Source: an uncultured Bacteroidota bacterium (lineage in GTDB: Bacteria > Bacteroidota > Ignavibacteria > UBA10030 > UBA6906). From it: DNA of 64,000 bases. Numbering within the stretch: position 1 is the stretch's first letter; each line of letters begins with the position of its first letter. The stretch spans positions 3,359,835-3,423,834 of the forward strand of contig CAVZWW010000003.1 in NCBI GenBank assembly GCA_963779225.1, given 5' to 3'. This document shows, in pieces, positions 58,785-64,000 of the stretch. The notes beneath the pieces are model-generated. The model had not been told where the DNA came from, made no database searches, and worked only from the letters and a program-made list of their open reading frames with translations. A program made the position numbers and the translations under genes.

Positions 58785-59502
58785 ACCCGCGGCCGCTCAC
58801 GCTGCTCGGCACACCGATGAGGTCGTAATTGCCGTCCACATCCCACGACGGCGCAAACATGCTCACGTAGCTCACGCCCAGACGTACGCCGAACCAGCCG
58901 AGCAAGGCGTATTCGACGTTTACCGAAGGAACGGTCACAAAGTAGCCACCCGAAAGAGTGCGGGTAGTGTTCGGGGGTACAAGGGCCGTCCATTGAGCAA
59001 AGAGGCTCTGTTCACCTCCCCAGGTATTGTTTCCGCCGTTGCTCTGGCGGAGTGCAAGGGTCAAACTGCCCCCGCCGAGCGAGGCTCCGACGGCAATGTC
59101 GAGATGTGCCAAGACGGGCCACACGTACTCGATTGTCACCCCCCCGAAGCCGACTGAATACTCGGCATCCCGACGGACGCCGTTGAGGTCCACCGCGGTG
59201 CTCTTAAGCCCGCCGGTCATCCCCATTCCGCCCACGCGCACGTTCGGAAGGATCATGATGTAGATCGCACCGGCCCCGCCGGACATGAATACTCCACCTT
59301 CCTTGAGCGGGGCGCCATTACCGCCTAAGAGAAACTCGTTTACGGGTTTCATATCAACAAAAAGCCACCCTGGAGTGTAGCCGCCAAACAGGCCGACTTT
59401 AACTGCGCGAGACCTCTTGGGAGGGATCGGCTCTTCCTGCGCAACGGCTATACCTGCCGCAAAGGTCAGTAATAACAGAAGGCTGAGCATCTTCTTCATC
59501 AC
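58747..59502 (-). CDS. outer-membrane beta-barrel protein (small porin/OmpA-like family)
   Basis: Signal peptide MMKKMLSLLLLLTFAAGIAVAQ, alternating amphipathic beta strands and a C-terminal aromatic residue (F). It overlaps the convergent upstream gene's 3' end by 38 nt. Confidence 0.6.
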   Translation of the reverse strand: MMKKMLSLLLLLTFAAGIAVAQEEPIPPKRSRAVKVGLFGGYTPGWLFVDMKPVNEFLLGGNGAPLKEGGVFMSGGAGAIYIMILPNVRVGGMGMTGGLKSTAVDLNGVRRDAEYSVGFGGVTIEYVWPVLAHLDIAVGASLGGGSLTLALRQSNGGNNTWGGEQSLFAQWTALVPPNTTRTLSGGYFVTVPSVNVEYALLGWFGVRLGVSYVSMFAPSWDVDGNYDLIGVPSSVSGRGFMLQAGLFVGTF

Positions 59503-60029
59503 GCAACTCCGGGTGTTCTATGGATGTGAAAGGCGGATCAAAACAATATACGAAACGAAATATCCATATTCAATTTCGTAAAGACCGGAAACCTCGATAT
59601 TCGGTCCCACACATGCCCCGTCTTTTCTGTTTCCCTGCCCTCCCGACATGGAGCTCTGGCGCAGGAAACGACAGTGGGACATGCCAGATGTGTTGATGGA
59701 GTTCAATCAGTCCACACTGGATGATCCAGGTCTGTGGAATCAGGCCGCAGATATAGGCATGTGAATGGCAGGGCCGTGGAAGGATCCCTCGGACGGGTTT
59801 AGGTTGACATTGGTCCTGCAGTTCCTTAGCATTACCCCATCGTAACAAATCCCGGGTGGGAGATGCGTTGGAGATACGTGAACGAGAACGTCTCCTGGCC
59901 GAAAGGATAGCCACCAGACTGTAGAATACTTGACCGCCGACGGTGCTCAGTCCCTGGAAGGCGGAGATTTGTCCTCCGTTCTTTCGGTACCACCCCTACG
60001 ACACCGCCACGGAACAGAGGCGGACAGCC

Positions 60030-61349
60030 ATGCTCCACCCACCGAAGATTCCTAAACTCGATCCTTCCATTCTTCCGGCAGTTCTTGCTTTTCTACGGCG
60101 GCGCCCCATCGTGGCGTACTCGGCCGGCGGCGTGATTCTCGTGATCCTCCTCTGGTTCTTTGTTGCCGGAGGTACGGCGACCCGGGCGGACTTGAGTGTT
60201 ACGCCGTCGAAAGGACTGTTCCTTGTGACGGTGACGACGACCGGAGAGCTCCAGGCGAAGAACTCCATCAATATCATGGGTTCAGCGAATGCCCGGGCGG
60301 CCAATATCTGGCAGATGAAAATCACGAATATTGTTCCCGAAGGAACGGTGGTCAAAAAGGGGCAATTTGTCGCGGACCTCGACAAGTCAGAGATCATGAG
60401 TAAGTTCAAGGATTCCCAGCTCTCGATCCAGAAGTTTGAGGCACAGTACCTCCAGACGAAACTCGACAGCACGCTGACGCTTTCGCAGGCCCGGGATGAG
60501 CTCGTCAACCTCTTCTATGCGGTGGAGGAGAAGCGAATCATGATGGAACAGTCGGCCTACGAGGCGCCGGCAATGCGGAGACAGGCAGAAATAGAATTTG
60601 AGCGCGCACAACGTGCCCACGAACAGGCAGGGAAAAACTATGTCACCAAGAAGAAACAGGCTATTGCCAAGGCACAGGTCGCGGAAGCTGATCTGATGAA
60701 AGAGCGACAGCGGATGGAACTCTTCCAAACGACGATGGACCAATTCACCATTCAAGCGCCTGCTGACGGAATGGTCGTGTACGCACGGGAGTGGAACGGA
60801 AAGAAGAAGATCGTCGGCAGCACGGTCAATGCCTGGGATCCGACCGTCGCGACCCTCCCTGATCTGCGTGAGATGGAGTCGATCACGTACGTGAGTGAAG
60901 TGGACATCCAGAAGATAGCGGCCGGGCAAAAGGTAACGTTGAAACTCGACGCAGACCCGAACAAACCACTCACCGGGAGCGTCACCTCTGTTGCCAATAT
61001 CGGAGAACAGCGACCGAATTCCGATTCCAAGGTGTTTGAGGTCCGTATCAAGGTCAACGAGTCCGATACGACACTCCGCCCCGCAATGACGACTGCTAAT
61101 GAAATTCTCGTCGCACGACTTGACAGTGTGATTTCCATCCCGCTCGAATGCGTCCATACGGAAGGGACGATGACCTTTGTGTACAAGAAGAACGGCGGGA
61201 GTATCGCCAAACAGGAGGTGAAACTCGGACTGATAAACGAGAATGCGGCGGTGGTGCACAGCGGTATTGCCGAGGATGATGAAGTGCTTCTCGCTACGCC
61301 CCCTGAATCTGCCACGCTGATAACAATCCCCCTTGCCGGATCAGAGTGA
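60030..61349 (+). CDS. efflux periplasmic adaptor (HlyD/MacA-type membrane fusion protein)
   Basis: N-terminal TM anchor, a long coiled-coil hairpin (EQSAYEAPAMRRQAEIEFERAQRAHEQAGKNY...), a lipoyl domain and beta-barrel domains. Start at the internal MLHPPK. Confidence 0.8.
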   Translation: MLHPPKIPKLDPSILPAVLAFLRRRPIVAYSAGGVILVILLWFFVAGGTATRADLSVTPSKGLFLVTVTTTGELQAKNSINIMGSANARAANIWQMKITNIVPEGTVVKKGQFVADLDKSEIMSKFKDSQLSIQKFEAQYLQTKLDSTLTLSQARDELVNLFYAVEEKRIMMEQSAYEAPAMRRQAEIEFERAQRAHEQAGKNYVTKKKQAIAKAQVAEADLMKERQRMELFQTTMDQFTIQAPADGMVVYAREWNGKKKIVGSTVNAWDPTVATLPDLREMESITYVSEVDIQKIAAGQKVTLKLDADPNKPLTGSVTSVANIGEQRPNSDSKVFEVRIKVNESDTTLRPAMTTANEILVARLDSVISIPLECVHTEGTMTFVYKKNGGSIAKQEVKLGLINENAAVVHSGIAEDDEVLLATPPESATLITIPLAGSE

Positions 61350-61396
61350 TAGGCCCGGCTAAACCCTGACGGATCTCGGAAGGTCATTCGATCGCC

Positions 61397-62746
61397 ATGT
61401 TCCAGCAGGTCATACAGAGCCTGAGAATCGCAGTTGAAGCGATTACCCACAACAAACTGCGGGCAAGCCTCACCTCGCTGGGCATCGTCTTCGGCGTGGG
61501 ATCGGTGATCTCAATGCTCGCTGTCGGGACGGGTGCAAAGCAGGAAATCCTGGAGCAGATGAAGCTGCTCGGGGCGAATAACATCATCATTACACCGATC
61601 ATCGAACAGGAGGAAGGTAAGGTCGAGGAAGACGATCAGGCCAAGATGACCGAGAAGAAACGGTTCAGTCCCGGGTTGACGCTGCAGGACGGGGAGAGCA
61701 TACTGAAAACGCTCCCTGGCATTTCGTTTGTCAGCCCGGAGGTTGTCGTGGAGACTATGGTGCTGCGTGAGGGTTTGAAACGGACCTCGAAGCTTGTGGG
61801 GGTCGATTCGGTGTATTTTGCGACCAGCGAGTTCGAACTGGAGAGAGGGCAGCTGTTTTCGAAAACGCACATGGAGCTGGCGTCCCCGGTCGCGGTTATC
61901 GGGCACGCCGTGCGTGCAAGATTCTTCGCCAGGGATGACCCGATCGGCGGGAAGATCAAGTGCGGCCCCCTCTGGCTGACGGTCATCGGGGTGCTGGGGG
62001 AGCGAAGGGTCAGCAAGGAGAGCATCCAGCATCTCGGACTCCGCGACTTAAACTACGATGTCTATACACCCGTGAATACCCTCCTCCTGCGGTACAAGAA
62101 TCGCACGCTGGTGACGAAGCTGGATGTCCAGGCGGCAGCGAGCGACAGGGGAACTGACGAATCATCAGGAGCGGAGAGGAAGAAACCGGCCAGTTATCAT
62201 CAGCTCGATCGGTTAGTCGTGCGCGTCAATGATGCGGAGATGATGGTGGGACTCGCGGAAGTCATCAGCCGGATGCTCCAGCGTCGACACAATCAGGTGG
62301 TTGATTTCCAGGTAATGGTGCCGGAGCAGCTTTTGCGTCAGGCGCAGCGGACAAGAGATATCTTCAATATTGTCCTCGGTGCCATCGCATCGATATCCCT
62401 GCTGGTCGGGGGAATCGGCATCATGAACATTATGCTCGCTTCGGTGATGGAGCGGACGAAGGAAATAGGAATACGCCGCGCTGCGGGCGCCACGAAGAGA
62501 CAGATCGTTCTGCAATTCCTGAGTGAGGCGACCCTCATCGGCATTACCGGAGGATTGACCGGCATTGTGCTGGGCGTGACACTGAGCTATGCTATTCAAC
62601 AGCTGGCAGGAGTCCTCACGATAGTCACGCTCTTCTCTGTGCTGCTGTCGTTCGTGATCTCGGTCTCCGTCGGCATCACGTTTGGCTACTTCCCTGCCCG
62701 CCGCGCGGCCATGCAGGATCCGGTCGTGTGCTTGCGTTACGAATAG
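61397..62746 (+). CDS. ABC transporter permease, MacB/FtsX type (no fused ATPase)
   Basis: An N-terminal TM helix, a large periplasmic MacB_PCD-like domain, and then the FtsX four-helix bundle. Confidence 0.85.
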   Translation: MFQQVIQSLRIAVEAITHNKLRASLTSLGIVFGVGSVISMLAVGTGAKQEILEQMKLLGANNIIITPIIEQEEGKVEEDDQAKMTEKKRFSPGLTLQDGESILKTLPGISFVSPEVVVETMVLREGLKRTSKLVGVDSVYFATSEFELERGQLFSKTHMELASPVAVIGHAVRARFFARDDPIGGKIKCGPLWLTVIGVLGERRVSKESIQHLGLRDLNYDVYTPVNTLLLRYKNRTLVTKLDVQAAASDRGTDESSGAERKKPASYHQLDRLVVRVNDAEMMVGLAEVISRMLQRRHNQVVDFQVMVPEQLLRQAQRTRDIFNIVLGAIASISLLVGGIGIMNIMLASVMERTKEIGIRRAAGATKRQIVLQFLSEATLIGITGGLTGIVLGVTLSYAIQQLAGVLTIVTLFSVLLSFVISVSVGITFGYFPARRAAMQDPVVCLRYE

Positions 62747-62785
62747 ACCGCCGGGTGCACCCGGGCCGTCCATGAACCAGACGCC

Positions 62786-64000
62786 ATGAACATCAAGGCT
62801 CCGCTTTTCCTCTCGATCCTCTGTGTCCTGTTCTTCTCTGCGGCCTCCGCCCAGGTCGACACAACCTACCTGACGTTGCAGGCCTGCATCCGACTCGCCC
62901 GCGAGTCCGGTCCGCTCGGCGTAATGGCGCACAGTGCGTACGAAAACAAGTCATCCTCCTACCACTCCTATTCGTCCAGCCTTTTCCCTCAGCTGTCGCT
63001 TCAGGGGGATGTGCCCGGCTACTACCGATCCATCACCCCGATCGTCCTGCCTGACGGAAGCACCGTGTTCACTCCTCAAAGCCAGACCAGCGCCTCGCTG
63101 AACCTCTCCCTCACACAGAAGATACCTCTGACCGGCGGTCAGCTCTTCCTTTCCTCCGGGCTGAGCCGGATCGACTTGCTGGACTGGAGGTCGCAGTATT
63201 ACCTCGCGAATCCGTTCAGTATCACCTTGCAGCAGCCCATATGGCAGATCAACACGATGCGTTGGGACCAGGACGCACAGGTACTCCGGTACAGGATGGC
63301 TTCCCGCGAGCTGGCCGAATCGATGGAGGAGTGTGCGATCGATGTCACCAACAAGTTCTTCGACCTGTACCTGGCGCTGATGAACTCCAGCAATGCCATG
63401 CTGAACGTGGCGATCAACGACACCCTCTACAGGATCTCGAAGGGGAGATTCGAGGTGGGAAAAATCGCGGAGAACGATCTTCTGCAGAATGAGCTTGCCT
63501 ACTTGAATGCGCAAACGGAACTCGAAAATGCCAATGTCGGACTCGACCGCTCGCAGCAGAACCTCAGGGTCGCCCTTGGACTCGATCCCGGCATCTATGT
63601 CGAGCTCATCCCGCCGACAACAACCGGGGCTGCATCCATCGATCCCGCAGTTGCACTCGCCAACGCCCGGCAGAACCGCAGCGATGTGCTCGATTTTGAC
63701 CTCCAGTTGCTGACGGCCGAACGAAACGTGGAACAGGCAAGATCCGACCATTCATTTAATGCCAGGATGGTCGCGAGCGCGGGCTACAATCAAAGGGCGC
63801 CCGTCATCTCCGAGGCGTACCAGCATCTGCTCATTCAACAGCAGTTCAGCATAGGTTTTATCTTTCCGATCTTCACCTGGGGAACGGGGAGTGCGGCGAT
63901 CGATGCAGCCCTGGCGGAACAGAAACGCACGGAGTCATCGATCGTGCAGCAACGTCACGATTTCGAACAGGAGGTCCTCTATCAAGCGGGACGCCTCAAC
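62786..64000 (+). CDS. TolC-family outer-membrane efflux protein, 3'-truncated by window edge
   Basis: Signal peptide MNIKAPLFLSILCVLFFSAASAQ, then repeated coiled-coil / beta segments typical of outer-membrane efflux factors. No stop codon before the window end. Confidence 0.75.
   Translation, partial: MNIKAPLFLSILCVLFFSAASAQVDTTYLTLQACIRLARESGPLGVMAHSAYENKSSSYHSYSSSLFPQLSLQGDVPGYYRSITPIVLPDGSTVFTPQSQTSASLNLSLTQKIPLTGGQLFLSSGLSRIDLLDWRSQYYLANPFSITLQQPIWQINTMRWDQDAQVLRYRMASRELAESMEECAIDVTNKFFDLYLALMNSSNAMLNVAINDTLYRISKGRFEVGKIAENDLLQNELAYLNAQTELENANVGLDRSQQNLRVALGLDPGIYVELIPPTTTGAASIDPAVALANARQNRSDVLDFDLQLLTAERNVEQARSDHSFNARMVASAGYNQRAPVISEAYQHLLIQQQFSIGFIFPIFTWGTGSAAIDAALAEQKRTESSIVQQRHDFEQEVLYQAGRLN

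Noticed and set aside
1-64000. rRNA or tRNA genes, CRISPR arrays, IS elements, integrases or other mobile-element hallmarks
   Set aside because: I saw no tRNA-like T-arm/acceptor patterns in the intergenic spaces, no direct-repeat/spacer arrays, and no transposase, integrase or recombinase ORFs. The lower-GC stretch has no flanking direct repeats that I could see.

Overview
GC-rich (~60%) bacterial chromosomal segment that is densely coded, mostly on the minus strand. Adjacent genes often overlap by 4 nt (ATGA or GTGA). Minus-strand GC-rich DNA throws up many long antisense shadow ORFs, and I ignored these. Non-CDS coordinates are read by eye from the printed sequence and may be off by a nucleotide or two.

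Recognisable content, in window order:
- 1-3110: a nucleoside salvage operon, cdd (5'-truncated by the window edge), tdk, a NupC/CNT transporter, and a purine nucleoside phosphorylase that is split by a +1 frameshift.
- 3257-18135 (minus): a ~15 kb respiratory super-operon, actA, a small ORF, actB, actC, a fused actD-E, actF, a monoheme cytochrome c, a SCO copper chaperone, coxI, coxIII, coxIV, a CoxII with no cytochrome c domain, a polytopic membrane protein fused to cytochrome c, and heme O synthase. This is alternative complex III plus an aa3/caa3-type oxidase.
- 18342-19982 (plus): bshC (bacillithiol), divergent from the respiratory operon.
- 20075-29423 (minus): the classic rimP-nusA-infB-rbfA-truB-ribF-rpsO-pnp operon. 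NusA carries a C-terminal (AEP)n tract encoded by perfect 9-bp tandem repeats.
- 29507-45000: housekeeping genes, ltaE, lnt, a PAP2 phosphatase, DedA, ispF, acyP, an EamA transporter, a DUF362 protein, a methylmalonyl-CoA-mutase-like large subunit, mutL, ftsY, pgsA-like, purF, a secreted lectin-like protein and a GT2 glycosyltransferase.
- 45044-53821: the most interesting region, partly in a lower-GC stretch. It holds an NtrC-type AAA+/Fis regulator whose GAFTGA sigma-54 contact loop is degenerate, a polytopic membrane protein, a consensus sigma-70-like promoter with a long leader, a small secreted proline-rich repeat peptide whose two repeats differ mostly at synonymous sites, and an M50 site-2 protease. 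Convergent to these is an ECF sigma / anti-sigma / periplasmic TPR-CHAT (caspase-like) operon. Together these look like an undescribed envelope signalling and proteolysis module.
- 53976-64000: hisC, a lipoprotein, a small translationally coupled ORF, an FAH hydrolase, an acyl-CoA synthetase, an outer-membrane beta-barrel, and a MacA/MacB-like/TolC-like efflux operon (the TolC gene is cut by the window end).

I recognised no rRNA, tRNA, CRISPR array or mobile element.
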